DNA of 59,786 nucleotides, filler included. It is 3 parts of 3 records of this genome, joined end to end, with 100 filler letters (N's around TTAATTAATTAA, not from the genome) between each part and the next. Parts side by side here need not be neighbours in the genome. Positions count along the whole stretch, not along the records: positions 29,999 to 54,296 come from SRR31156797_7118; positions 54,397 to 59,786 come from SRR31156797_7132; 1 more part is not named here. One strand, 5' to 3'. This document shows, piece after piece, positions 49,401 to 58,051 of this stretch; position 1 is the stretch's first letter, and each line of letters begins with the position of its first letter. The translations under genes were made by a program, and so were the position numbers. The notes beneath the pieces were generated by a model. That model was not told where the DNA came from. It saw only the letters and a list, made by a program, of their open reading frames with translations, and did no database searches.

Positions 49401-51001
49401 AAACCGAACTTTCATTGAGGGAACTAATGGATGTAACACCGAACGGAGCCCGGTTCCTCTCCCTGCACCCACTGCACGATTCACTGTCGTTTTACGCCAG
49501 CGGGGCCACATTTAACCTGACCGACACAACACTGGTGGCCGAGGATGTTAAATACATCAAGGTTGCCGATGTTGCCGTATTCCCTGGCGATGGCAGGGTT
49601 GAGATCAGGGAAAATGCCAACATCCGGCCGCTGGAAAATGCCATGATCATAGCCGACACTGCTGATAGAACACACCTGATTACCGAGGCAAAAGTCAACA
49701 TCGAATCAAAATATTCCTACAAAGCCAGCGGAACATATGCCTACCAAAATCTGGTGGACGATATCCAGATCATCGAATTTGATAACATTGAGGTGGACAC
49801 CGGCTACCAGACTGTGGCTGAAGGAAAGATCACCCAAGAACAGCAGTTCATGTTCAGCCCGCAGTTTACCTTTATGGGCGATGTTTCGCTGAACGCCGGA
49901 AATCCATTATTGAATTTTGACGGATCATTTCAGATCATCCAGGATTGCGATCCAGCCCTTTCGAGGTGGGTGAATTTTACCGGCAGAATAAAACCTGACA
50001 GTGTTGTATTTCCCGTGCTTCAGCAGCCCAAAGAATATGGCGGCAGAAAATTATATACCGGAATTTATCACAGCAACGAAAACAACAAAGTATACCCTGT
50101 TTTTCTCTCACCAAGAACTTATTTTAGCGACACCCTGATGATAACTGCTGACGGCGTGATCACCACCCGCAAAAAAGGCACTGAATTCCTGATCACAAAA
50201 GCAGGATTTACCGGCATACCGGATGATGAATTTCCTGATGCTCCCTTTTTGGCCTTGAACACAGACGACTGTAAAATAACTGCCGGCGGACCGGTAAGTT
50301 TTGCCACGGATTTCAAAAAGGTGAAGATGGAAGCATTTGGGATGGCAACCCACTTTATCATTCCGGATTCAACCCTGTTTAATGTCTTCATCACCCTCGA
50401 CTTTTTCTTTAACGAAGAAGCGCTGGCATTTATGGCACAAAGCCTCCGCAACACCAATGTGCAGGGAGCACCCGTTTCAGGCCCGGTTCAGAATATGGCC
50501 TACCGCGAAATGTTGGGCAGCGAAGGTGCCAAAGAATATTTATTCGAATTGAACTCCTTTGGCCGTGCCCGTGATTTGCCGGAGAGGCTGAACAAAGAAC
50601 TTGTGATTTCGGATGTCACACTCAAATACTATCCTGATACGCGCTCCTTTATTTCGCAGGGGCCCATTTCAATCGGGATGATTGGCGGTGAGCCTGTCAA
50701 CAAGCAGTTGGAAGGATACCTGGAGATCGTTAGAAAACGCAGTGGCGATATCTTCACCCTCTACCTGGAAGTTGACCGGCGGCATTGGTATTTTTTCAGC
50801 CATATGGGGAATCTAATGCAAACCATCTCATCCAAAAACGAATACAATCGCTACATCAACGATACGGATGCGGGAGATCGAAAACAGAAGGCTGAGAAAA
50901 ACGAAACAGAATACCGCTACATCATTTCAACAAATGCCAAGAAAAACCGTTTCCTGAGAATGATCAGGCAAATGCAGCCCAACGAAAACGAGGAGGATTA
51001 A
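46463..51001 (+). CDS. Large exported protein of unknown function (about 1510 aa, beta-rich)
   Basis: Long intact ORF with an N-terminal signal peptide (MKHAGNLVLIILLLTSSLVRS); no recognisable catalytic motif; stop is 3 nt before plsY. Confidence 0.8.
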   Translation: MKHAGNLVLIILLLTSSLVRSQVVRNFTPDSAKYIEGLSILFERISNKDNQEDAIQTLENFKQLWGIQAFDTTQQNNIYRLSNLMLDRRVKSYPYFAVMLQSLTSMKNQAYTDDQINTWITGATQILEQSRSQKNFISLMDFSASLFENNALYEARLFKWYATGRNNFRFKSDSVFKVIFETTDLVCTNLLDSSIIYNTAGTYYPLDFKWIGKSGKITWERAGLDPDEVYARFGNFTVSLKSSPYTIDDVNFYHAKYLPEPLTGKLTEKISTDVVEPGNADYPYFQSDVRDLFIGDIFKDVDYDGGFAMKGINILGEGDEYRVAKLTFKRPYRDKQGKYDMLLARSKAFIIKPDGINASNAQVTIHHQDDSLFHTGLQFKYIHDTREVSLLRVEKGISESPYFNTFHNVDVDVEAVYWDMDESDIRFRSIMGIQPISEALFISDKYFIEREYDMLQGLDYTHPLVVINNYANKYNTDRFYAYQLARFMNMPENQVELQLIRLAKYGFLFYNTDTKRAIINDKLYHYIAAKAGRKDYDVISFFSQVENQDNATLSLDNFDLKIRGVPQVFISDSQNVYIQPTNGEVTLRKNRDFLFSGNIEAGLFQFKTTGAYFEYDTFKVNLPVIDEMRFKVRAFDDEPGELNFVDVKTVISDISGEIFIDFPSNKNGLRDYPDYPIFSSSGQSFVYYNQDSIHNNAYNPETFNYNVQPFTIKRLADFSNKELEFNGFLNSGGIFPPEVSSALKVMPDYSLGFNIKSPPQGYPIYGGTGTFYDSVSLSNKGLRGSGRLEYLNTTATGRNLVFYPDSAIGKFDRFSIEQSTRGNGFPKVEGSDLAMRWMPYRDSLFLASNDSLIDMYGGRAQLKGNLTFTPDVLTGDGRLDFYTARTFSEDYTFGNDYFSSDSLKLAIRDFNGEEVAFSADRFSANVNFDQQTGSFQSISDSSFVGFPLNRFEAGLNEFDWYMNRNEIKLHSYQINSNKDQTELSLRELMDVTPNGARFLSLHPLHDSLSFYASGATFNLTDTTLVAEDVKYIKVADVAVFPGDGRVEIRENANIRPLENAMIIADTADRTHLITEAKVNIESKYSYKASGTYAYQNLVDDIQIIEFDNIEVDTGYQTVAEGKITQEQQFMFSPQFTFMGDVSLNAGNPLLNFDGSFQIIQDCDPALSRWVNFTGRIKPDSVVFPVLQQPKEYGGRKLYTGIYHSNENNKVYPVFLSPRTYFSDTLMITADGVITTRKKGTEFLITKAGFTGIPDDEFPDAPFLALNTDDCKITAGGPVSFATDFKKVKMEAFGMATHFIIPDSTLFNVFITLDFFFNEEALAFMAQSLRNTNVQGAPVSGPVQNMAYREMLGSEGAKEYLFELNSFGRARDLPERLNKELVISDVTLKYYPDTRSFISQGPISIGMIGGEPVNKQLEGYLEIVRKRSGDIFTLYLEVDRRHWYFFSHMGNLMQTISSKNEYNRYINDTDAGDRKQKAEKNETEYRYIISTNAKKNRFLRMIRQMQPNENEED

Positions 51002-51004
51002 CTT

Positions 51005-51637
51005 ATGGAAATATTATTAGCGATCGCAGGAATTTTGCTGGCATACCTTATTGGCTCCATCCCATCGGCAGTTTGGGTCGGGAAAGCCTTTTTTAATGTG
51101 GATGTCCGCAACGAGGGAAGTGGCAATGCCGGAGCTACAAACACCATTCGGGTTTTAGGTGCAAAGGCAGGTGTGCCGGTATTGCTTATGGATGTGTTTA
51201 AAGGATGGCTTGCCGTGTTTCTTGCATGGTATTTTATTCCTGAATATTTCACCGATTTACAAACCACCTATTTCCGGATTGTTGCGGCAGCAGCGGTAGT
51301 TTTGGGGCATGTTTTTCCGCTTTTTGCCGGCTTCAGGGGTGGCAAAGGAATCGCCACGTTGCTTGGAGTAGGCATTGCACTGTACCCGATGGCTGTGCTG
51401 GTTGTGGTTGCCATTTTTGTTGTGGCACTGATCGTTTCCGGGTATGTATCACTGGGTTCCATTAGCGGAGCCATCAGTTTCCCATTAATCGTGATTTTTC
51501 TTTTCAACCCCGGTTCATTGCCCCTGATCATTCTGGCTGTTTTTGTCGGTGTTTTCGTTCCGATCACCCACCGCAAAAATATCACCAGGCTGCTCAATGG
51601 AACAGAATCAAAATTCTCACTAAAGAAGAAAAAATGA
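51005..51637 (+). CDS. plsY: Glycerol-3-phosphate acyltransferase PlsY
   Basis: AYLIGSIPS, GSGNAGATN, DVFKG, GHVFPLFAGFRGGKGIAT, YVSLGS, HRKNITRLLNGTE. Confidence 0.95.
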   Translation: MEILLAIAGILLAYLIGSIPSAVWVGKAFFNVDVRNEGSGNAGATNTIRVLGAKAGVPVLLMDVFKGWLAVFLAWYFIPEYFTDLQTTYFRIVAAAAVVLGHVFPLFAGFRGGKGIATLLGVGIALYPMAVLVVVAIFVVALIVSGYVSLGSISGAISFPLIVIFLFNPGSLPLIILAVFVGVFVPITHRKNITRLLNGTESKFSLKKKK

Positions 51638-51696
51638 TTCCGGTATAGTTAATAACATTTTCATAAAATGAATTCATTTCACTGCATCGAAATCAT

Positions 51697-51704
51697 TACT
51701 TTTG
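51697..51704 (+). promoter_or_regulatory. Bacteroidota -7 promoter element (dnaN)
   Basis: TACTTTTG upstream of dnaN. Confidence 0.55.
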
Positions 51705-51745
51705 TCCTTCAATTGAAAAAAAATCATTCATAAAATAATAAGAAA

Positions 51746-52873
51746 ATGAGGTTCATTGTTTCAAGTGCTTTATTGCTTAAGAATTTGCAAGCCATTGGCG
51801 GGGTTGTGAGTTCAAACAACACCCTTCCGATTCTTGATGATTTCCTTTTTGAGATCAGTGAGGATACATTAACAGTAACAGCTTCTGACCTGGAAACAAC
51901 CATGTCGGTAAAGCTAAAACTTACCATGAGTGAAGAAGAAGGTAAGGTGGCCATCCCGGCCCGCATCCTGCTGGATACGCTGAAAACATTTGCGGATGTG
52001 CCGGTAACCTTTACGGTAAACGAAGAAACATTTGCTGTGGAAATGACCGCTGGCGAAGGTAAATATAAACTCAACGGGCACAATGGCAATGAGTATCCTG
52101 AAACGCCTGTAATTGAAGATGGCAATGCGTTTGAAATGGAATCGGCTGTGCTTGCTGAGGCCATTGCCAAAACAGTTTTTGCCGCCGGAAACGATGAACT
52201 CCGTCCGGTGATGTCGGGTGTTTTGATGGAGATGGAAGAAGAGGAATTGTCGTTTGTTGCCACCGATGCCCACAAACTGGTTCGGTTCTCACGCCGCGAC
52301 ATCAAGCCCGGACGCAGTGAATCCATCATCCTGCCTACCAAACCGCTGAATCAGATCAAATCGATTTTGATGCATGAAGAAGGTGATGTGAAAATTGAAT
52401 ACAATGAGAAAAATGCATTTTTCGGTTTTGGAAATGTGCAACTGCTCTGCAAACTGATCGTCGGGAAATATCCAAACTACCGGGCAGTGATTCCTGCAGA
52501 AAACCCAAACAAACTGCAAATCCAGCGTAGCTTATTGCTCAACACCATCCGTCGCGTGTCATTGTTTGCCAACCAGTCGACACACCAAATCAGGTTTAAG
52601 ATTTCAGGCCAGCAACTGGAGCTATCAGCCGAGGACATCGATTATTCCAATGAGGCTGTTGAAACAGTAATCTGTAACTACGACGGTGAGGATCTGGAGA
52701 TTGGATTCAACTCAAAATTCATCCAGGAAATGCTCAGCAATATTCCTACCGATGAAGTATTGATGGAAATGTCGCAACCCAACAGGGCCGGCCTGATCCA
52801 CCCCATCAGCACCGACGAAGATAAAACCGAAAACATCCTCATGCTGGTGATGCCTGTGATGCTGAACAGTTAA
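51746..52873 (+). CDS. dnaN: DNA polymerase III beta clamp
   Basis: TLPILDDFLF, TASDLET, DELRPVMSGV, VATDAHKL, GKYPNYRAVIP, IGFNSKF, LMLVMPV. Confidence 0.96.
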   Translation: MRFIVSSALLLKNLQAIGGVVSSNNTLPILDDFLFEISEDTLTVTASDLETTMSVKLKLTMSEEEGKVAIPARILLDTLKTFADVPVTFTVNEETFAVEMTAGEGKYKLNGHNGNEYPETPVIEDGNAFEMESAVLAEAIAKTVFAAGNDELRPVMSGVLMEMEEEELSFVATDAHKLVRFSRRDIKPGRSESIILPTKPLNQIKSILMHEEGDVKIEYNEKNAFFGFGNVQLLCKLIVGKYPNYRAVIPAENPNKLQIQRSLLLNTIRRVSLFANQSTHQIRFKISGQQLELSAEDIDYSNEAVETVICNYDGEDLEIGFNSKFIQEMLSNIPTDEVLMEMSQPNRAGLIHPISTDEDKTENILMLVMPVMLNS

Positions 52874-52891
52874 AAAACATTTTTATAATAC

Positions 52892-52952
52892 GAGATCACC
52901 TTTTCAGGAAATCCAATCACATTTGGCCAACCGGAAGGTGATCTCTTTTTTT
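52892..52952 (+). terminator. Long-loop terminator or hairpin after dnaN
   Basis: 11-bp stem GAGATCACCTT...AAGGTGATCTC followed by a T run. Confidence 0.6.
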
Positions 52953-52973
52953 ACACTAATTTAAAGTATCGGA

Positions 52974-53879
52974 ATGTCGATCATCATCAAAAATATCACG
53001 AAGGTTTACGGCGAACAAAAAGCGCTCGACAACATTTCTTTGGAAATTTCCCCGGGACACATCGTAGGTTTGCTGGGGCCAAACGGAGCCGGAAAAACAA
53101 CCCTGATGAAAATACTCACCGGGTTTATTCCACCAACTTCCGGAAATGCCGAAATTAACGGCCATGATATTTTTGAAGATTCACTGGAAATCAGGAAAAT
53201 TATCGGGTATCTCCCTGAAAACAATCCGCTTTATCATGAAATGTACGTGCGGGAATACCTGGAATTTATCGGAGGCATCTATAAAATCATCCATCTCAAA
53301 CAACGTGTAGATGAGATGATTGACCTCACAGGACTGACTCCAGAGCGTAAGAAAAAGATTGGTGCGCTTTCCAAGGGATTCCGGCAACGTGTAGGCCTTG
53401 CACAGGCACTGATTCACGAACCCAAAATTCTAATCCTCGACGAACCCACCTCCGGCCTCGATCCAAACCAGCTTGTGGAAATTCGCAACCTGATCACCAA
53501 AATCGGCAATGACCGGACGGTTTTACTTTCCACCCACATTATGCAGGAAGTAGAAGCCATTTGCGACCGGGCCATCATCATCAACAAAGGAAAAATCGTT
53601 GCCGACGATACAACAGGCAACCTGCAAATGCTTAAGAAAAGTGAGGTTGTTTTGATGGTTGAATTCAATAAGCAAATCAATCCGGAAAAATTGCAATCCC
53701 TCGAAGGTGTTAAGGCACTTGAAAACACTTCAGAAAACACCTGGAAAATTTCAACCACGGGAGAAAGCGACATTCGAGAGGCCATTTTTAACTGGGCCGT
53801 GTCGGAAAACCTGTCCGTTTTATCACTTCAAAAAAAGGAACACTCGCTGGAACAAATATTCCACGACCTGACCAACTAA
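52974..53879 (+). CDS. gldA: Gliding-motility-associated ABC ATPase GldA-like
   Basis: YGEQKALDNIS, GPNGAGKTT, GYLPENNPLY.EMYVREYL, KKIGALSKGFRQRVGLAQAL; same position after dnaN as in other Bacteroidota. Confidence 0.75.
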   Translation: MSIIIKNITKVYGEQKALDNISLEISPGHIVGLLGPNGAGKTTLMKILTGFIPPTSGNAEINGHDIFEDSLEIRKIIGYLPENNPLYHEMYVREYLEFIGGIYKIIHLKQRVDEMIDLTGLTPERKKKIGALSKGFRQRVGLAQALIHEPKILILDEPTSGLDPNQLVEIRNLITKIGNDRTVLLSTHIMQEVEAICDRAIIINKGKIVADDTTGNLQMLKKSEVVLMVEFNKQINPEKLQSLEGVKALENTSENTWKISTTGESDIREAIFNWAVSENLSVLSLQKKEHSLEQIFHDLTN

Positions 53880-53910
53880 TCCCGGTCCGGAATTGTAATC
53901 AGTAGGTTAA

Positions 53911-53939
53911 GTTATTGGTTAATTGGTTATTGGTTATTT
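53911..53939. repeat. Short 7/8-mer tandem repeat (GTTATTG)
   Basis: gttattg gttaattg gttattg gttattt. Confidence 0.65.
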
Positions 53940-54066
53940 GCATGCCCTCTGAAAACATACAACTCAGCTAAGGGCTACGGTGAATAGAAAGCGAAGACCT
54001 GACTCAATTCTCATTTTACAATTTTTAAGTTAGCTTCGAAGTACTTTCACAATAAGATAAAATATT

Positions 54067-54074
54067 TACATTTG
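54067..54074 (+). promoter_or_regulatory. Bacteroidota -7 promoter element (metK leader)
   Basis: TACATTTG, about 35 nt before the riboswitch-like element. Confidence 0.65.
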
Positions 54075-54107
54075 CGAACTGTTTCGGAAAGGTAATGCAA
54101 CCAACCG

Positions 54108-54159
54108 GAAATGGAAAGATTTGATTGATTGCAACCATTTAAAAAAATGCTAAAACAAT
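54108..54159 (+). ncRNA. Probable SAM-II riboswitch upstream of metK
   Basis: P1 AAATGG/CCATTT encloses GATTT...TTGC and is followed by AAATGCTAAA, the SAM-II hallmark strings; the downstream gene is metK. Confidence 0.7.
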
Positions 54160-54227
54160 ATGTTTTACCATCCTTCAATCATCAATCCTTCCCCAACACC
54201 ATTGTTTAATTTTAAAATTTACTGATA

Positions 54228-54296
54228 ATGAGTTATTTATTTACCTCGGAATCTGTTTCAGAAGGCCACCCCGACAAAGTCGCTGACCAGATTTCC
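54228..54296 (+). CDS. metK: S-adenosylmethionine synthetase, N-terminal fragment truncated by the contig end (not in the ORF track)
   Basis: MSYLFTSESVSEGHPDKVADQIS is the invariant MetK N-terminus. Confidence 0.93.
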
Positions 54297-54396
54297 NNNN
54301 NNNNNNNNNNNNNNNNNNNNNNNNNNNNNNNNNNNNNNNNTTAATTAATTAANNNNNNNNNNNNNNNNNNNNNNNNNNNNNNNNNNNNNNNNNNNN
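54297..54396. other. Artificial contig linker
   Basis: N44-TTAATTAATTAA-N44. Confidence 0.97.
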
Positions 54397-54606
54397 TATA
54401 AAAGTTAGCAAATATACAAGTATCAAATTGAAATCAATAATTTCATTAAAATTTCAAATTGAAATCTTATTAAAAAATTAACTTTCAATTTATTAAGAAT
54501 GGCAATTATGCACGAAAACTTGTTATAAATCCTTAATTTTTATCATGTTTTTATACAGTTGACGTGCCTATTTTTGGTTTCGAATAAATTATAATGATAT
54601 ACCGAG

Positions 54607-55719
54607 ATGATAATTGGAGTACCTAAGGAAATAAAAAATAATGAAAACCGGATTGCATTAACACCAGCAGGAGCAGCTGAGCTTGTTAAACACGGACACG
54701 ATGTTTATATCCAGGCAGGTGGAGGAAACGGAAGCGGTTTTCCCGACGAAGATTATATTGCTGCAGGAGCAACTATTCTTCCTGCAATTGAAGATGTTTA
54801 TGGAATTGCTGAAATGATTATAAAGGTGAAAGAACCTATTGAACAGGAATATAAACTGATTAAAAAAGGGCAGATTTTATATACTTATTTTCATTTTGCA
54901 TCGTCGGAAGTGTTAACCAATGCCATGATTGAAAATGGCTCTGTTTGTTTAGCGTACGAAACGGTTGAGCTTGACGATCGTTCATTGCCTTTATTGGTTC
55001 CAATGAGCGAGGTTGCGGGAAGAATGTCGGTGCAGGAAGGTGCGAAATATCTGGAAAAAACATACGGCGGATATGGCGTATTATTGGGAGGTGTTCCGGG
55101 AGTATTGCCGGCAAAAGTGCTGATTATTGGTGGTGGAATTGTTGGAACTGAAGCAGCAAAAATGGCTGCCGGACTTGGTGCAGATGTTACCATTATGGAT
55201 GTTTCGTTAAAACGTTTACGGTACCTCGACGATATTATGTCTGCCAATGTAAAAACCATGATGAGCAACGAATTTAATATTCGTGAATTGGTTCAAACAC
55301 ACGATGTGGTTATTGGAGCTGTTCTTATTCCGGGGGCAAAAGCGCCTCGGCTAGTTACCCGCGATATGCTAAAAACAATGCGGCCGGGAACCGTTTTGGT
55401 GGATGTGGCTGTTGACCAGGGTGGTTGTTTTGAAACAACACAGGCAACAACTCATACCGAGCCAACTTATACCATCGATGAGGTAATTCACTATTGCGTG
55501 GCAAATATGCCGGGTGCAGTTCCGCGTACTTCAACCATTGCATTAACAAATGCAACGCTTCCATATGCCATTCAAATTGCAAATAAGGGATGGAAACAGG
55601 CTTGTATTGATAGCGTTCCGTTGCGCAAAGGATTAAATGTTGTAGATGGGAAAGTGGTTTACGAAGGAGTTGCAGAAGCTTTTAATTTTCCTTTTGAAAA
55701 AGTAGAAAGTGTGCTTTAA
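54607..55719 (+). CDS. ald: Alanine dehydrogenase
   Basis: MIIGVPKEIKNNENRIALTP, KVKEP, LPLLVPMSEVAGR, IIGGGIVG, DVAVDQGGCFET, HYCVANMPGAVPRTST. Confidence 0.96.
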   Translation: MIIGVPKEIKNNENRIALTPAGAAELVKHGHDVYIQAGGGNGSGFPDEDYIAAGATILPAIEDVYGIAEMIIKVKEPIEQEYKLIKKGQILYTYFHFASSEVLTNAMIENGSVCLAYETVELDDRSLPLLVPMSEVAGRMSVQEGAKYLEKTYGGYGVLLGGVPGVLPAKVLIIGGGIVGTEAAKMAAGLGADVTIMDVSLKRLRYLDDIMSANVKTMMSNEFNIRELVQTHDVVIGAVLIPGAKAPRLVTRDMLKTMRPGTVLVDVAVDQGGCFETTQATTHTEPTYTIDEVIHYCVANMPGAVPRTSTIALTNATLPYAIQIANKGWKQACIDSVPLRKGLNVVDGKVVYEGVAEAFNFPFEKVESVL

Positions 55720-55746
55720 AATAGATAATAATCGTAATTTTTAGGG

Positions 55747-55779
55747 AAAGCCTTCTGTCTGATGACAGAAGGCTTTTTT
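55747..55779. terminator. Intrinsic terminator between ald and the convergent gene
   Basis: AAAGCCTTCTGTC-tgat-GACAGAAGGCTTT followed by TTT. Confidence 0.85.
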
Positions 55780-55783
55780 ATCT

Positions 55784-56326
55784 CTAAAATACAAATCCAA
55801 GGTTTATCTCCGCAAAATTATTATTCAAATTAAATCCAAAATTATTATCGGTGCTTTCGCCTTCCTTGTTTGAAGAATAATAAATTCCCGGATTAATTTC
55901 AAATCCCAGTTTAAGGATATCGTTTAGATAATAAGAAAAACCAAGTATTCCTTTACCCTGAATAGAATAGGTATGACTATTTACATCTATAGTTTTATTA
56001 TAACGACCAAATAATTCAAAGCCGTAATAAAAGTTGATTTTTTCATTTAACATTTTTGGAAATTCTATTCCTGCCCCTAATCCAACTCCAATTTTATTCT
56101 GATCGTAAAAACCTCCATCGTTTATATCTTCATAAGAAAAGTAACCCGATGACAACCTGAATAAATGATTCTCATTCCCAAATTTATATTTTAACATAAA
56201 CTGGTTAAATGTTTTGGTGGCAACGATTAATTCATTTCTTTTTTCTTGTGCATTCCCGGAATATATAATCATTCCAAGAAATAGAGACAAAAATAATGTT
56301 ATGCTTATTTGCGTAGTTTTTTTCAT
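55784..56326 (-). CDS. Putative outer-membrane beta-barrel protein
   Basis: Signal peptide, alternating aromatic/Gly beta strands, C-terminal INLGFVF (terminal Phe). Confidence 0.65.
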   Translation of the reverse strand: MKKTTQISITLFLSLFLGMIIYSGNAQEKRNELIVATKTFNQFMLKYKFGNENHLFRLSSGYFSYEDINDGGFYDQNKIGVGLGAGIEFPKMLNEKINFYYGFELFGRYNKTIDVNSHTYSIQGKGILGFSYYLNDILKLGFEINPGIYYSSNKEGESTDNNFGFNLNNNFAEINLGFVF

Positions 56327-56334
56327 AATTTTTA

Positions 56335-57873
56335 TTATTTTATGATTATTTGTCGCTTGTAAATATCATTTTCTGTAATAATATGTAAATAATATTTGCC
56401 TGGCTTAATATCATTTATATACATTCTTTTATTCAGTTCATTTCCGTAAGAAGATTTCAAGATATTTCCGTTTTTGTTAAGTATTTCTATGGTATAGTTA
56501 CCTAATTCCCCGTCTTTATTTTTTTTAATTATTGTTGATTCATCAATGGAAGTCAATTTATCTTGATTGTCATCTTCGTCTATAAAAGTTAATTCAACAT
56601 ATGAATCCGCTGGGTTTGGGGATAATACCATGTAATATCCACCGCAATACCCACCTGCAAAATAATCAGTAACTACTTTGCGATTAATTTCACAACAATT
56701 ATCCGCATATACTTCAGTCATACCTCCCGGTGAAGAATTTGTATAAATTGATATCATGTTATTATAGGCGTAATTGGTTGTCCAGCCAGATGGTATTGAC
56801 CACGTATAATTTGAAAGAGAACAAGAACCAAAATTATTTTGACAAAAGAGATGGTAATGTGTATTTGGACACATAAAAGAAGCAGAGGAGCCATCTGTGT
56901 TTTTTAATTCAATTACAACATCTGAGTATGATGGGCCATTCAGCCTAACAAGTTTATCAGGTAAATCGAATGAAGAATTACATGTATTAGAACTTATTGT
57001 TGCCTTGATATAGCCATAATCATAGTTTGTACTCGAAAAGCTACATGGATTTGAGCCTTGTGCACCAGTTCTTGTAATATTAGAACTTGCATCCCATGTA
57101 ATTGAATAACCGGAAGGAAGATTATTTATCTGATAACTTGAAGAATTGCATATCACTGGAGAGCCTTCTATTTCCACATCTGGCCAGATTCTAGATATAT
57201 CAACTGACTTTTTATTAGATGCTAGAAAACCTTCACAATACGTATTTTCAGCCCAAACCTTTATTTGACCATCGGTGCACAGATCAGGTGTCACAGTTAA
57301 ATGTCGAATTGCTGTAGTATAAATATTGCTACCATCACTAATAACACCATTGACTTTCCAGTTTGGAGGGATTGTCCACGAATATATAGTAACGTTTTCA
57401 TTAGTTCCATACTTAATAACATCAGTAGTATATGTAATCGGAACTGTTGATAATAATTCAACTTGTCTATTTCCAGATATGCTTTGCGATATAGTTCCTT
57501 TTAATGAACGAATTCCTACTGAGAGTTCAACATCATCTTCATAGTAGGTTCCTAAATTATTGGTTTCTACAACGACTCGATCAATATGTATTTGTCCTTC
57601 TCTCTCGTCGAACCATCTAATACTACAATTATTATCATTGATTCCCCCATCATCAACAATTTCTCCATTTGTTACTGACCATGCAGTATTTGTAACAGAT
57701 TCAACTTCAGTTGCATCGATGTTGTGTTCAATGGTATAATGTTTAACATCGTTAGGACATGGATAACTTAATGGAAAAGGTGCGTAATGTTTAATATACG
57801 CATTAAACTGCCCGTATGAATTTATCACTGACGAAAAAGATAAAAAGATAAAAAGATAAAAAGATTTTTTCAT
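56335..57873 (-). CDS. T9SS type-A CTD cargo protein with PKD/Ig-like repeats
   Basis: Signal peptide; ISG..QV / IEGSPVIC / YTWSIPSGW repeats; CTD LSPNPADSYVEL...IKPGKYYLHI...KRQIIIK. Confidence 0.8.
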   Translation of the reverse strand: MKKSFYLFIFLSFSSVINSYGQFNAYIKHYAPFPLSYPCPNDVKHYTIEHNIDATEVESVTNTAWSVTNGEIVDDGGINDNNCSIRWFDEREGQIHIDRVVVETNNLGTYYEDDVELSVGIRSLKGTISQSISGNRQVELLSTVPITYTTDVIKYGTNENVTIYSWTIPPNWKVNGVISDGSNIYTTAIRHLTVTPDLCTDGQIKVWAENTYCEGFLASNKKSVDISRIWPDVEIEGSPVICNSSSYQINNLPSGYSITWDASSNITRTGAQGSNPCSFSSTNYDYGYIKATISSNTCNSSFDLPDKLVRLNGPSYSDVVIELKNTDGSSASFMCPNTHYHLFCQNNFGSCSLSNYTWSIPSGWTTNYAYNNMISIYTNSSPGGMTEVYADNCCEINRKVVTDYFAGGYCGGYYMVLSPNPADSYVELTFIDEDDNQDKLTSIDESTIIKKNKDGELGNYTIEILNKNGNILKSSYGNELNKRMYINDIKPGKYYLHIITENDIYKRQIIIK

Positions 57874-58051
57874 GTTTGAAAGTTTTAATTATTAATTAAG
57901 GATTAATTATTAAAATTACTTATAATAATTTTATAGCAAAATGCTATAAAACATAATGACATGATAAATTTCGTTGTGAACTTTATATTAGTGGTTGATT
58001 CCCATTTATTTTAAAGAACTTATTTAACTTTAGATATAATGATAATGTGTT

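Noticed and set aside
51638-51745. oriC upstream of dnaN
   Set aside because: There is no dnaA gene and no cluster of DnaA boxes; the intergenic region is short.
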